DNA of 64,000 nucleotides, from IMG/VR virus record IMGVR_UViG_3300029288_005873, positions 160,001-224,000 of that record; one strand, given 5' to 3'. A model generated the notes under the pieces. The model was given only the letters and a program-made list of their open reading frames with translations, did not search any database and was not told the origin of the DNA. This DNA comes from a virus (taxonomy: Duplodnaviria; Caudoviricetes). This document shows, in pieces, positions 22,807 to 34,701 of the stretch (the first letter of the stretch is position 1; each line of letters opens with the position of its first letter). The translations under genes were made by a program, and so were the position numbers.

Positions 22807-23193
22807 GTTTTCTTTCTCCTTTGATCGGAAAAACAAACAATTACATTGTGTATATCTTTTCGGATCGGATGACATTGCTTGACTTCAGGTTATAGAAGAA
22901 AGCTATCTCGACCGAACCCATTGGACCAATGTAACCGATCGCTGGAGTTGGTTTCCAGAATGGCCATCCATCCCACATGCCAACGTGAACGATCTCACGT
23001 TCCGTTAGGCATGGGACGTACACCCATCTTGCGGAACAAAATTTACGGTCGAGTTCCAATATTGTCCTGGTACCCTCCTTAACGACGCTGGGGTTTACCG
23101 AACCGCCGCAGTCCCAACCATGCGAACGGAAATCGTACAACCTGTCTACGGGCTCGAACCATTCGCCTTCCCTGACTGTTATCGTGCGCGTCC

Positions 23194-24279
23194 TCATCGA
23201 AACCTCCTACCAAATGGATTTCTAGACCAAAACCATGCCTGTAGTCCACCAGATACAAGAAGACCGAGAGTAGCTAGTAGTAGAAATGCCCACATTGGTG
23301 GTTCTATCTCTTTAAGGAGATAGCGGAAATCCCCCATGTGCCTTCGTTGAAACTTCGATCCAGCTTCATCTCTAACGATTGACAGAAGTCTGTCACCGTT
23401 AAAGTCTCCCATTCTAGCAACACGTTGTTCAATGCCGTCTCTAACTTCACGCACATCAGTCCAACTAATTACCTTGACCCATTCAATATTGGGGAAGGTT
23501 GGGACACCAACCACCACAATGAGGTCGTTCTTTTTGCCACCAAGCCAAGCCTCTGCCAATGCGTCGACATATTCTGAAGACTTCTCCCCAGTTACAACAA
23601 CGATAATGTTTACCTGGCGGACTCTACCAAGATCGGCATTCAGTTCCGCAAGCCTTTTCTCCAAATTTGTTACATCGGGAATAGATTCACCAAGTACCGT
23701 CATCAGAAAACGATTTACAGAATGACCATGTACACGTGGATAAGCAGGAAGCTTAGAGCGATATTTGTCTACCAACCAAGGTCGTCGGAAGAACTTTCCA
23801 GGCAGACCTTTGATGTAGTTGATATACATATGCTCAATAGCTGTTGGATCACCTATGGAGATCCGCTTCCATTCTTCTGGTGGAAAAGAAGAAGGGGGAT
23901 TACATGTATCATTGACTACAACTTCTCCATTAGTTGTTTTTGCAGACCAGTACAAATCATGACTGTGTCTATAGCATGTCGAACAAACATCATGACATGA
24001 CGTATTCCCTTTCCCGTCACTAGAACAAACCGGAATACAATTACAACTATAACTGTGGCAACAGCCCTGCTCCCCAAAGTCCTTTGAGGCTATCCTGCCA
24101 TTCCATATCTCGACGTCTGTAGTTTTGACATATCGGGCTGCCATGTATCCGCCGCCCATTAAAAGCATGCCTGCCGCCGCCTGAACTAATGCTTCCAGCC
24201 AGTTAAGTTTCCCTTTTGAGAGGAAAAATCCAACCGCTGCTACCAAGAGCGGAATAGCCAACAGAATGAGGAGCATCAT
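23194..24279 (-). CDS. membrane protein with Cys-rich region and extracytoplasmic domain
   Basis: Two N-terminal TMs, CCHSYSCNC...CSTCYRH, WLGGKKNDLIVV, C-terminal TM. Confidence 0.65.
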   Translation of the reverse strand: MMLLILLAIPLLVAAVGFFLSKGKLNWLEALVQAAAGMLLMGGGYMAARYVKTTDVEIWNGRIASKDFGEQGCCHSYSCNCIPVCSSDGKGNTSCHDVCSTCYRHSHDLYWSAKTTNGEVVVNDTCNPPSSFPPEEWKRISIGDPTAIEHMYINYIKGLPGKFFRRPWLVDKYRSKLPAYPRVHGHSVNRFLMTVLGESIPDVTNLEKRLAELNADLGRVRQVNIIVVVTGEKSSEYVDALAEAWLGGKKNDLIVVVGVPTFPNIEWVKVISWTDVREVRDGIEQRVARMGDFNGDRLLSIVRDEAGSKFQRRHMGDFRYLLKEIEPPMWAFLLLATLGLLVSGGLQAWFWSRNPFGRRFR

Positions 24280-24292
24280 TTTCTATATCCTT

Positions 24293-24664
24293 TTAGGGGT
24301 TTCCACAGCCACCGCTGCCACCACAACCTCCACATCCACCGCCACTGCCTCCACCACATCCGTCACCACATCCCCCTCCACCACACTTAGAGAATCCACC
24401 CATACCCCTGTCAGCAATTGAGTAGCCACGATCTTCTATTTTTGTAGGGCGCAACTTTGAAACCGCATCAGACGCCGAATCCAAGAGGTGTTTGACAGTC
24501 TCGATAACAGCTGTTAGCTCGGCACGCAGATTATCATCAAGGGCATCACCATGCTCCAACGCTGTTCCAAGAAGTGCGACAGAACCCTTTGCCGCCTCTT
24601 TGACCTCAAGACTTGATCCATACATCCTGAACTGCTTATCGGTTTCTGGTGTAGTGATAGGCAT
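24293..24664 (-). CDS. small protein with Gly/Cys-rich tail
   Basis: Ends CGGGGCGDGCGGGSGGGCGGCGGSGGCGNP; RBS AAGGAG. Confidence 0.6.
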   Translation of the reverse strand: MPITTPETDKQFRMYGSSLEVKEAAKGSVALLGTALEHGDALDDNLRAELTAVIETVKHLLDSASDAVSKLRPTKIEDRGYSIADRGMGGFSKCGGGGCGDGCGGGSGGGCGGCGGSGGCGNP

Positions 24665-24667
24665 CTT

Positions 24668-25519
24668 TTATCTCCTTTTGTAGCCATAAAGACCATGTTT
24701 TATTATGGTGTCCGCTACACATTTTGGTGCCATATTAGATATGTCCTCGCAAGCCTTAATCTTTTTCCTAATTGCTGTAGATCTAATCACAGGGATCGGC
24801 GCATTTTCTTCTACAACAATTATCCCACATTCTTTCTCAAGCTGTTCGAACCCTTCCCATTTGTCGCGTACTAGCCAATTATCATATCCGATGACTAAGC
24901 TAATGTCAAAATCAGGATAGGTCTTTTTCAGCGTCTGAATTGTGCGCAATGTGAGACTAGGACCGCCTAACTTTTTCTCAGTATCAAGCACTGAACAGTT
25001 GTTAAAAACACTAAATGCCATTTGGCACATAGAAAACCTATGTTTAAATGGCGCAAGACGTTTGCCAAACATATGTCTCCAACAAGGAATGATCCATACG
25101 TAATCAGCAAGTCTTGCGCCAAGAAGCCAGAAGACAACAGCCATGTGCGCAAAGTGGGGAGGATTAAAACTACCACCAAATACAGCCACCCGAGGCTTTG
25201 GCATCCTGTAAACAAACCTCTCCTCTTCTGGAAAACCAATGTCTTCTGGTACCTCTATACACAAACTGTCTAATAGATTTAGAACTTCATCTTCAAAATC
25301 TTCTGGCGGTCCGCTAAAAAAATCTGGCGTAAAATCGCACAAGGTTAGGCTACAAAGCCTATCACCACAGATTGATTTTGTTGCCCAAAAAGCACCACGG
25401 AATTTCAACCACAACTGTGCCAAATTTTTTCCAACGGTTACAAGAGCACCATCCACGTCAGCTCCGTCTTGGGCAAACACATACAACATGAACCTTTTCA
25501 TCCTTACTTCTCCCGCCAA
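24668..25519 (-). CDS. nadD: nicotinate-nucleotide adenylyltransferase with N-terminal extension
   Basis: VAVFGGSFNPPHFAH, HRFSMC, LVIGYDN, RSTAIR. Confidence 0.85.
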   Translation of the reverse strand: MAGEVRMKRFMLYVFAQDGADVDGALVTVGKNLAQLWLKFRGAFWATKSICGDRLCSLTLCDFTPDFFSGPPEDFEDEVLNLLDSLCIEVPEDIGFPEEERFVYRMPKPRVAVFGGSFNPPHFAHMAVVFWLLGARLADYVWIIPCWRHMFGKRLAPFKHRFSMCQMAFSVFNNCSVLDTEKKLGGPSLTLRTIQTLKKTYPDFDISLVIGYDNWLVRDKWEGFEQLEKECGIIVVEENAPIPVIRSTAIRKKIKACEDISNMAPKCVADTIIKHGLYGYKRR

Positions 25520-26000
25520 CTGTAATCCAGGATTACTACATATTGTGTTTTGCCGCGCAGACTTTTTGTTGGCTGTTGTCCACTTGACGCTTGGGTATTT
25601 ACCTTTTTCTTGTGCTTTTTTCCAGACATTTCACCACCCCATTATGTCGTTGTACCCATCGCATCCAAAAGCCATCCCTGCCTGTATGGCTTGCTCCATT
25701 CGCCATTCATCACCATGGACTTGCCTATGGTAGTTTGGATTGCGACGTTCACGAAGGATTGTTAATTCCACCTCTCCCGTCCGCTCCGATAGAATAATCC
25801 ATTGTGTAGAACTCAAATCACCGAACGAACACCACGATTCTATATCTTCGAATGCCGCTAGAGCTTCCTTCATAGTATCACAATCGTGACCTGTCCAGCA
25901 GTCGTCATTACCCTCATCTGGGTGCGATCCCCACAGATCAACCGCATATCTTTTTTGGTTTTCCACATTCGCTCCTAGTTTTAGGTATCGGACAAACGCT

Positions 26001-26369
26001 CTACCTCGAATTTATACACGACGGATTTTGGCAGTGGAACATATTGAACCCTTCCCATCCATTACTTCCACACATTGGACAATGGGATGTTGCCACAGAC
26101 TTTTCCATGTCAGTTGTGACAAAGAAAGATATCCCATCATTTGACCGTCCCATATAAGTCCCATCCTGATTAAGAAAGACCCTGAAATCTCCCTTCACTA
26201 CAACCTCTCCTTCGCCGTTACTTACATCCTTTACAACAAGTTCCTCCCCAACAAGTCCGGCGGATTTCATCAGTCCAAAAGAAGATGTCGAACTGATGTC
26301 TCCGTTATCATACCGACGAACCCATTCAGGATTTATTTTTACATGGTCTCCGACTTTGGGGAACATCAA
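26001..26369 (-). CDS. family-type N-domain (PKVGDHVKINP) with an alternative Zn-ribbon tail
   Basis: N-terminus matches the CPKCEP family; tail CPMCGSNG...CQNPSC. Confidence 0.65.
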   Translation of the reverse strand: MMFPKVGDHVKINPEWVRRYDNGDISSTSSFGLMKSAGLVGEELVVKDVSNGEGEVVVKGDFRVFLNQDGTYMGRSNDGISFFVTTDMEKSVATSHCPMCGSNGWEGFNMFHCQNPSCINSR

Positions 26370-26977
26370 GCAACCTCATCTGCCATTCCGAGTTTTAGGC
26401 ACTTTTTGGCATTGAATACCAGATCATGCCTCAGGATCCTGTCGAGTTTCTTTTTCGGAATAGATGTGCGTTTCAAGTAAACCTTTCTGATGAGTCGCAT
26501 AAGCTCCTTGCTATTAACCAAGCAATCCTTCAACTGTTCATACGTTCCGAAATAGATGGAGGAAAGCTGGTGAATCAGCATGTACGACCCAGCACCCATG
26601 ATTCGTTTCGATGCCACCATAAATGGAAGTGTGGCAGCCGAAGCACAGATCCCATCCACGATCGCGTGAACTGGAACTGGACTTCTCCGTACCGCATCCA
26701 TAGCGGCAATCCCCGCAATGACGCTTCCCCCTCCACTGTTGATGTGTAGGACGATTGGGGACACATCACAACCATTCTCGATAGCTTGTGCGCGAATCTT
26801 ATTCGACAGGGAGTGCAGATTGTCAACCAGCGTTGCAATATGCTTGTTGATGATCGGAGCATAATAGTAGATATGGTTTCCTACCAAACGGACCTCACCA
26901 TTCTCATCGTGCCCTGCAACTCCCCATCTCGGCGTTCCGCTATCCGTGCTTTTGTTTTCCTTGTTTTCTTCAGGCAT
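26366..26977 (-). CDS. clpP: ClpP-like protease subunit
   Basis: LHINSGGGSV, GICASAAT (Ser), MLIHQ (His), LGMADE; RBS AAGGAGG. Confidence 0.85.
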   Translation of the reverse strand: MPEENKENKSTDSGTPRWGVAGHDENGEVRLVGNHIYYYAPIINKHIATLVDNLHSLSNKIRAQAIENGCDVSPIVLHINSGGGSVIAGIAAMDAVRRSPVPVHAIVDGICASAATLPFMVASKRIMGAGSYMLIHQLSSIYFGTYEQLKDCLVNSKELMRLIRKVYLKRTSIPKKKLDRILRHDLVFNAKKCLKLGMADEVA

Positions 26978-27259
26978 CGGTGTCCTCCTTGAACAGGTTA
27001 TCGATGTCGATTTCCCTGATTGATGTAATCCTGTCGACTTCTTCCCGTGAGATTCTAAGTCCGCCGACAAGATACAGCATAGGAGGTTCGCCTGGAATAA
27101 GATGATCAACTGCCTCTCCTGGAACCTCTATACAGACCAAGTCGCCAGATTGGCACATCCCTATTCCCAGATTGCGTGCCATGATAATTTTGGCATCATC
27201 GCTCTCCATTATAAGGACTGCCCCATTGCGGCGATATGCCGCTGTTACATTGTTCATAT

Positions 27260-28576
27260 TCAGCCCCTTATTGAATCAAAGATGGCTGCCCATACCCTCT
27301 CTATGTGGTTTACATGTGACTTATCCCCATCTCCTTTTTCGCTTAGATGGTGCGCATATTCATGAATTAGGACGGTGAGGGTTTTCGTCCTATCAGTAAG
27401 AATTGCTTTGGACAATACAATCCTACCCTTAGCCCAAAGACCAAGAACGTTCTCCGAACGAATTGTTGCAATCTCCAAGTTTGCCATCGGAATCTTTTCG
27501 CCCGCTTTTTCCAGAATGGAAATGGCATCTTCGAGATTTTGGCGCTCTGTATCAGACAGATCACACCAGGAATGCTGCGTAATTATCTCCTCACTAAGCT
27601 GTATCCTTAGAGTCTCTAGACCATCTTCAAGACCCATGATCTGCTGTAATACGACAGCAAGTTTTGATGGAAGAACAACGCCTTTCCTTCCCATGTGTTC
27701 TAGGTCTCTGGACTCCATGATGTTTGCTACAGGTATGGCATCCCCAAATGTCCGTTTGAAGATCCTAAGTATGCGATCTTTCAGATCATCTGTCATGCTA
27801 TTGACATCGTACTTACTGATATTATCTACGTCCTCTTTCCCTGATGATAGCATCTCATACAGTTTTTCAGCAAGTTCTGGATGATCGCTAGCTCCACGTG
27901 TCCACATGACTGAAAGCCGCCAACCAAGCTCATAACTGGATATTACCCTCCTATCGCGATCAGTTGGAGCGTTCAAAAGGTTGTATCCAGCCATGAGCTT
28001 TGGAGAGTGCTGAACAAAAATTCCCTTGACATAGATTCGACCAGTCATCGACGGGTCAAGAAGTATGTCTCCATAACCAGGAATCCCTATCGATTCGACC
28101 TTATCCATAAGGAAAAGGAAATTCTTTTTCATGCCAAGCCATTCATCGTAGGTGATTCCTTCCACCTCCACGACGACCCCGCCACAATCCTTACCTTTTG
28201 AGATGTCGAATGCAAGAACATCTGCTTGAAAGTTCACGGATTTAACGAGGATTGGTTTCCAGATCTCGCTGCCAGAGAAAATGCGAACCTTATGACCAAG
28301 GCGCGTCAGAACCAAGGCTGAGATTTTGGCCCCCTCTCCCCATTGACCCGCCAAGCTCGGGTTATCAGCCTTTGTCGTATAACCTAACAGCAGCATTTCG
28401 TGAGGAAGAATAGCGCCCTTATTCTCTATCCTCAGCACGTGATTATTATGCCATACCTTCATAGGAGTGTTGAACTCGGTTTCAGCATCCTTGGCATTCT
28501 GGATGAATTCCCGAATTCCATCCTGTGCGCGCCAATCTGGCAGATATGTAGTTTTAATTGATAACTCAATCCTCAT
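27260..28576 (-). CDS. GHKL ATPase fused to a C-terminal HExxH metallopeptidase
   Basis: IREFIQNAKD, GQWGEGAK; C-terminal LIHEYAHH...H. Confidence 0.75.
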   Translation of the reverse strand: MRIELSIKTTYLPDWRAQDGIREFIQNAKDAETEFNTPMKVWHNNHVLRIENKGAILPHEMLLLGYTTKADNPSLAGQWGEGAKISALVLTRLGHKVRIFSGSEIWKPILVKSVNFQADVLAFDISKGKDCGGVVVEVEGITYDEWLGMKKNFLFLMDKVESIGIPGYGDILLDPSMTGRIYVKGIFVQHSPKLMAGYNLLNAPTDRDRRVISSYELGWRLSVMWTRGASDHPELAEKLYEMLSSGKEDVDNISKYDVNSMTDDLKDRILRIFKRTFGDAIPVANIMESRDLEHMGRKGVVLPSKLAVVLQQIMGLEDGLETLRIQLSEEIITQHSWCDLSDTERQNLEDAISILEKAGEKIPMANLEIATIRSENVLGLWAKGRIVLSKAILTDRTKTLTVLIHEYAHHLSEKGDGDKSHVNHIERVWAAIFDSIRG

Positions 28577-30128
28577 GAGGGCCTCACTTCCTAGGTTGCT
28601 ACGATACACCAGAAGCTACTATTCTCCAACAGGCTTTGGGCGCGATCCCTTGATCACCAAAACCTCCATGCCCTCGAATTCCTCTGGCAAGCTGGCTTTT
28701 TTGGGATTTGGCACATAGGCGAGAATCGCCTGCCCTTTGATTCCTGCTCCAAGCCCAGCAAACTGGACAATCTTCCCATCCACATGATTCTTGGAAAACC
28801 GTTCGACTTTTGCGGTTAGATCGGCAGGCGGCATCGCCCCCATTCCATGTGCGGGCTTCGGCACTTGCTCGCCAGCCTCACGCATTTTGGTCAAAACCTC
28901 TGGTGCGGGGGAAACTTTTGGCGCCAACATGTAGACAGCGAGCCTGGCTCGTTCCTTGGCGGCTCCTTTACCTTCCCCAAACATATCGTCAAGTCGCTTC
29001 AACTGCTCTTGCGGCGTCCGTTTTGCGCGTTCATCCTGTCTCTCGATTGCTCGCCTGCGCTTGTCTTCCTTCTTGGTTGACATTTCCGTCCTCCTTTGCT
29101 TCAGGTTTTTTGGGTTACCCCGTAACCACAGTCTTCCTTACAATGGTTACGGGAAGATCCTCAATTCCCTTCTCTAGCTTGATGACGATTCCATCAGCTC
29201 CGATTATGATCGTGCCTATGGGATTTGTTTCCCACTCGTCATATAGAATGGTTACTCTATCGCCAACTTCTTCAAACCTTATTTGAGATGTTGTCTCTGG
29301 AACAGTCTTGATGGGCGCAATTTTTTTGGCAAAGTAACATTTACTTCCAATGTTCATATTACCCCTCCCCCTTATTCAAAGAAGAACCTTCCTTCGCCAA
29401 CAAGACCTTTTCGCGTTCTTCTAGCTTTCTTCTACGCTCTTCTAGATACATCGCGCACACTCTAGGGTCGATGTGAGACACATACCACGATGTATCATAA
29501 GCTGGCGCCAATGCCGGTCCTCCACAAACACAGCATTTACATTCTTGCGTAAAGATCTTCATGCATCACCTTTCACCCATGACAAGGACAAGGCTGCTGC
29601 TGTTCCCTTAATTGTCGATTTTGTTAGTCTAGGTAACCCGTCTGCGGCATGTATGGCGGTTAGAAACTTCATCCACCGTCGAGCATGCTCTTTTGGCGAA
29701 AGGTTCTCTCGACCAATAATGGAAGTTTTACAATTGAAGTCGAAGTCGTTCTCACCCCACGCATTATAACCACCCTCATAGCGTGGGATAAGCTTTACAA
29801 CAAACCATTGACCTGGACAGATCCCATGTTGTAGTGCCCAATCGGCAACGGGCATTTCCGAACGCCAATTCCATTTGCCGAAGGCTATCTCCCACAACAT
29901 GTATTCATCATACATTTCGACAGCCAACCATGTTCCTGATGGAATTTGAGACAGCATCTGAAACTCCAGATCGTCACCGTTATCTCTCAAAACCATATAG
30001 ACAAATGCTGTATTCAGTTCAACATGAGTCTTTAGATTTTGGAGAGATTTACCATCAAGAGACAAAAGAGTTAGGTCTTCCACGACTTTGTCACGCAAGA
30101 ATACCGATGGCCATTTCTTCCCCATATG

Positions 30129-30953
30129 TCACCCCCAATACACATAGAGAACTGGTCTGAGCGCATCACGAATAACGCCAAAGTCTGGAAAACAATCACG
30201 CATCCACCACATTACCGCAAGAAGTTCGGTCGGCAATTGGGGACGCCAGTCGTTAACGAGATGCTCAAGTAGGTCCCCTTCCACTGTTGGTGGCATATTT
30301 GGGCTCCACCTTCCAACCAACATGTTGTAATCTGCGGAGCCAATCTTGATTGGCGCACCATCAGTATCAACTTTACAGTTGATTAGCCTTTGTTTCACGT
30401 TGTCATCTGACCACAGACCAGGCTTTGGATCTTTGAATCTTACCATGTTCTGATCATATGGCCATATGCCACAACTATTTGGTTCGACAACTCTATATGA
30501 CTGACCATATGACCATGTCTCTTCTACCCAATCTATGGTATCATCATATCTTTTCCATCCACATTCGCCAAAATAGGCGTGTAGGGGAGGAATAAGTACC
30601 ATCACATTGGGAAGACCGAATTCCGAATCGTGGACAAGACAGTTGCTAAGATCCCAATGTTTATGGCGACCGAAGAATTCCTTTAGTAGATATGGACAGA
30701 ATTGTGGGAACTCTTTGACCTTTTCCAGTGAGATCTTGTGCTCGTGAGCCTCCAGCTGTAGGATAGCACTCCAGTTCCTTTTAACCCACGTCAGGAAAGA
30801 CTTTGCGCCCATCTCATACATCTTCTCCTGCCTCTTTTGGAGCTTTTTCCAATTGATGCGCGGGTCCACCATTGTTTGATGATACTCTTTTTTCTCGAAG
30901 GCTAGATCGGTTAAACCATAACCGATACATTTTACGACCCTGATGCCCATCAC
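30129..30953 (-). CDS. hypothetical protein
   Basis: 274-aa ORF coupled to its neighbours. Confidence 0.55.
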   Translation of the reverse strand: MMGIRVVKCIGYGLTDLAFEKKEYHQTMVDPRINWKKLQKRQEKMYEMGAKSFLTWVKRNWSAILQLEAHEHKISLEKVKEFPQFCPYLLKEFFGRHKHWDLSNCLVHDSEFGLPNVMVLIPPLHAYFGECGWKRYDDTIDWVEETWSYGQSYRVVEPNSCGIWPYDQNMVRFKDPKPGLWSDDNVKQRLINCKVDTDGAPIKIGSADYNMLVGRWSPNMPPTVEGDLLEHLVNDWRPQLPTELLAVMWWMRDCFPDFGVIRDALRPVLYVYWG

Positions 30954-31221
30954 TTCACCTTTTCTGGGAGCTTTTCCACGTCGCAGTGCGGTAAGACAGT
31001 AAGATTGCCTGTGTTCTTGTTACAACTTACATGTCCAGCCATGAAAATCAGGAACATGACGATTGTAAAAGCTGCGACAAGCGTCTTTATTACACCAAAA
31101 ACAGCCCATCCGCGATATGTGGAATCATCAGAGCGGTACACGAACGTCGACTCTCTGTAGATTCCTAGGAAGAACATGAAGAAGCATGCCACGGTCAGGA
31201 AAACAATTGTTCCAAGCATGA

Positions 31222-31650
31222 TTACCCCTCTCTTTTCGACCAGATAAGGTGTCCGTTTCTTCTTGTTTCCGTCAAGAAAAGTCCTCGATCTGTGTAATGC
31301 GCTAGCCTAAGGAACTGTGTACCAAATGTGCTGGAAAGATATTTGCTTAGCGGAACTGGGTCTCCGAACCACGCATCATGAACCAGTCTATTAGATACGA
31401 TCACGACATGATAGAACCATTCAAATGTCTCAGTTCCATATTTGGCAAGCATTATGGAGCTGCCGGAAACAGGTTCGATATGAAGTGTGGTATGTTTTTT
31501 TCCAGTCTTGGATAGCCATCGACTTACATGTTCTGCCAATGAATCGCACATCCCATTATATTCGGATAGGGACGCATGCTCCTTATGTAACCATTTTAGC
31601 TCGAGGTTTTCCATGTTTGTCATCCTACGGTGTTTTTCTCGACGCCCCAC
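31222..31650 (-). CDS. possible papain/transglutaminase-fold protein
   Basis: Spacing of GMC...WFYHVV...VHDAW fits a C-H-D triad. Confidence 0.35.
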   Translation of the reverse strand: MGRREKHRRMTNMENLELKWLHKEHASLSEYNGMCDSLAEHVSRWLSKTGKKHTTLHIEPVSGSSIMLAKYGTETFEWFYHVVIVSNRLVHDAWFGDPVPLSKYLSSTFGTQFLRLAHYTDRGLFLTETRRNGHLIWSKREG

Positions 31651-34043
31651 GCCTCCATTGCTAACTTATCGCAGAACTTCTCTGTCATACCCAGCTGTAC
31701 AAAAGCAGAAGACCAATGTTTATCCCTGACCTGGACATAGTTGTACGATCCAGCAATATGGACCATATTACCATTGTCCGTATCTTTCCAGCGAATTCCA
31801 TCGGAATTCTCTTCACTGACAACCGAAGCATTATTGAGTTTCCAGCATCTCAGAGGCTTGCCATCCATAGCTGATATCTGAACAACCACCCAGTCAGAAC
31901 CGAACTCTGTTGCCATACAGCTTGTACATCCCCTATCCAAGCTGGCACAACCACAAAGCAGAAACGCAAGGATCCACGCATTCTTTGTCATTTCTTTTCC
32001 TCCAATCTTTGGACGGCATCCAAGATAGAACGAATGTGCATCTTGGTATTATGATTCATTGTTACAAGATTATCATTGATCGTTATCAACATCCGTAGAG
32101 ATATAATGGAGATAATGACTAGAATAATCAGACACGCTAACATCTCAACATTCCATCAATTTCCGGCATCTCTACGGACACCTTGATGTTGTTTTCCGCA
32201 AACCATAGTATGCTTTCAATGATACACGGAATCGCATACTCGGGAACCACCAAAAGGGCTGGTCCTCCATGCCTTTGGCGCCAATTGAGCGAAGTCTGCG
32301 GAAATGTCAATACGACTTCCTTCACACTGGCAATATCTGGTAGAACTCCAATCAGTGTTCCTGTACCAGTGACCTCAAGCTGGTCGTTCTCGATGGTTAT
32401 TCTGTATATCCCGTCGCCGATTTTCTTAACGGCATTGTCGTATCTGGACATTTCTCTCCACCTTTCAGCAGGCTAACATGCGCACAAGAAGAATTGAAAA
32501 TATAAACCATGCCAACCATACAATAAGCGAGCCAGCAAATGCTGGGAAAATGGCACGAAAAACTTTCCGTGCTCTCTTGAATCTCCTAGGTTTTCCGAGC
32601 ATCAACTCCTCAGTTCTTTTCGCCTTTTGGCGGAATAGTGACGCGCATTGCCTCGCCGCGCAGCTCAGCTTCACGGCATGATACAACGCGCAACTTGCCT
32701 TTGTTGATTTGCTCCATTGCTTCAAGAAATTCCTTGTCTTCCTTTTCCGCATGTTTTCGAACATCAGGCAACATCTCTGCCATTTTGGCAAGAACTGCTA
32801 TACGCTGTTCTGGAGTTAGGACTACACAATGAAGCCAACCGTGAATTTTGTAGTACTCCTTACCTGATCCGAATTTCCGCAAAGGCGTCCGCCCCAACTC
32901 TTCCATGAAGTACTCAAAATCCAAGGAAGGGAATCCTAATTTGAATTCGCCGATCTCAATGTCCTCCCACACCCTATTGGTAGACACGATACCAGGCAAA
33001 TCCGCTCTACCTTCTTTGGTCTCTTTCATCTCGACCGTTTCGCCGCCTCTGGCTTCGATGTCGGCAATCAAATCTCCCGCAAGCTCGCTTGGACAAAAAT
33101 GTGTTTTATAGCCAGCAAACAGGACGACTGCCCATGATCCAGGCTTTAGTTTGTCGATTTTCATTGATTCGCCTCCACCATATGAAACTGGTTTCTAGCC
33201 AGTCTTTTTGTCGCGCACAGATTTGAACTTGTTGTGGGTCTTGTCGACTGTATCAGCTTCGTCCGCCAACTCCTTGGCGCCGTCCTTGTCTCCAGAATCT
33301 TCAGCAATACGGCGCGCCTCCTCCAAATGATCCTTGGCAGCCTTGGTTTCCTCGATGATGTGATCCAGATTTCTTTCCTTCGCGGTTTTTGCCATTTCGT
33401 TCTCCTTGCGACATTTTGCCGCTATGACATGTTTGAAAGCCTTTTCTTTACTGCTAATACAACTGCTGTACTACGATCCGAAACCTTCACGGCGTCAGCC
33501 AGAGTCATCTCTCCCATTGCGCAAGCCGCTCGAACAACATCCGATGGATCGTTCGCAAACGACCAACAAAGCAGGACCATTGATCCATGCTCTCTTGTAG
33601 CAATTACAACGTCCATGAATGCTGCGTTGTTTAAGTCGCCGCCTCCATCCAATATTAATGCTGCTTTCTCAACAGCTGCTTTTGCGCATTCTACGACCGT
33701 TCGAATATATTCCACAAAAGGCTTGGCAGAACCACCATTCCTCACGTTCTCGAGCAGTCGGATGGCATTCTCTTTGTCTGTCATCGGAAATCCTTTTGGC
33801 TGCTACATCCACAAAAGGGAACCTTTTCCGCTGGCACAAGAAGGTTTTCAACATTGTTACATGGCACATTAGCGATCGATGCGCTTCCGTCATAGATCAT
33901 TATGGCAAAGCACAACCCAGAACGCGGATGCTTAAAAAACACCATCTTCTCTGCCATATTTGGGACTTCCTTGCGTAGCCAATCATTGTCATTGTCGCAG
34001 GAGCAAAGCAATGCGACAACTAATAGAATCAAACAAATGATTC

Positions 34044-34682
34044 TCATCCATTTTCCTCCAATCCAGCAAGTTTTCTCTTATTTTCAGCAGTCATGCCCTT
34101 TATTTGATGTTCCCTGCGTAGAGCATCCCCCTTTGTCCCAACTAATTCTTTATATACAAGGCGCAAAGGACGATGAGCCCGTGCCCATTTTGATCCCCTC
34201 TTTGATGTGTTGTGCTCCACCACACGTCGTTCAGGATCTGTCGATATACCACAGTACAGATGACCATTAATTCCAAGTGCCAAATACACCCACCATGCGT
34301 TTGATTTCATCCTGAATTGCCGCCCATCTGAGTTGATTGGTCCATCAATATAATCCAGTATCCAGTTCCCTATTTCCACAAATTCTAGAACAGCAAATGC
34401 TAGAACTGGACCATGCGAGAACCCCAAGAAAATCCACAAAGCTATGAGAACAATAGACTTTATAATGGGAGCTATACTGACAATGCGGTCATCTACCATG
34501 CTGCCGATGTACGAAATCGACCCATCTGCCCGCGTCCCTTCAACTACATGAGGCCATGGGCGGAACTTGGTAACTTTCCCTCCTTGTACCCATACGGCTA
34601 CGCAATGCGATAATTCATGTAGCACAACCCCAAGACGCCAGTAAATAACAAAAAGGGCGAAGCACTCTACAAACAGCCACAT
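34044..34682 (-). CDS. M50-like membrane metallopeptidase domain in frame with a GIY-YIG nuclease
   Basis: LHELSH with TMs, SIAP and SDG; then WWVYLA...LYCGISTDPERRVVEHN...ALRREHQIK. Confidence 0.7.
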   Translation of the reverse strand: MWLFVECFALFVIYWRLGVVLHELSHCVAVWVQGGKVTKFRPWPHVVEGTRADGSISYIGSMVDDRIVSIAPIIKSIVLIALWIFLGFSHGPVLAFAVLEFVEIGNWILDYIDGPINSDGRQFRMKSNAWWVYLALGINGHLYCGISTDPERRVVEHNTSKRGSKWARAHRPLRLVYKELVGTKGDALRREHQIKGMTAENKRKLAGLEENG

Positions 34683-34701
34683 TGTATCTCCAATTACAAA
34701 A

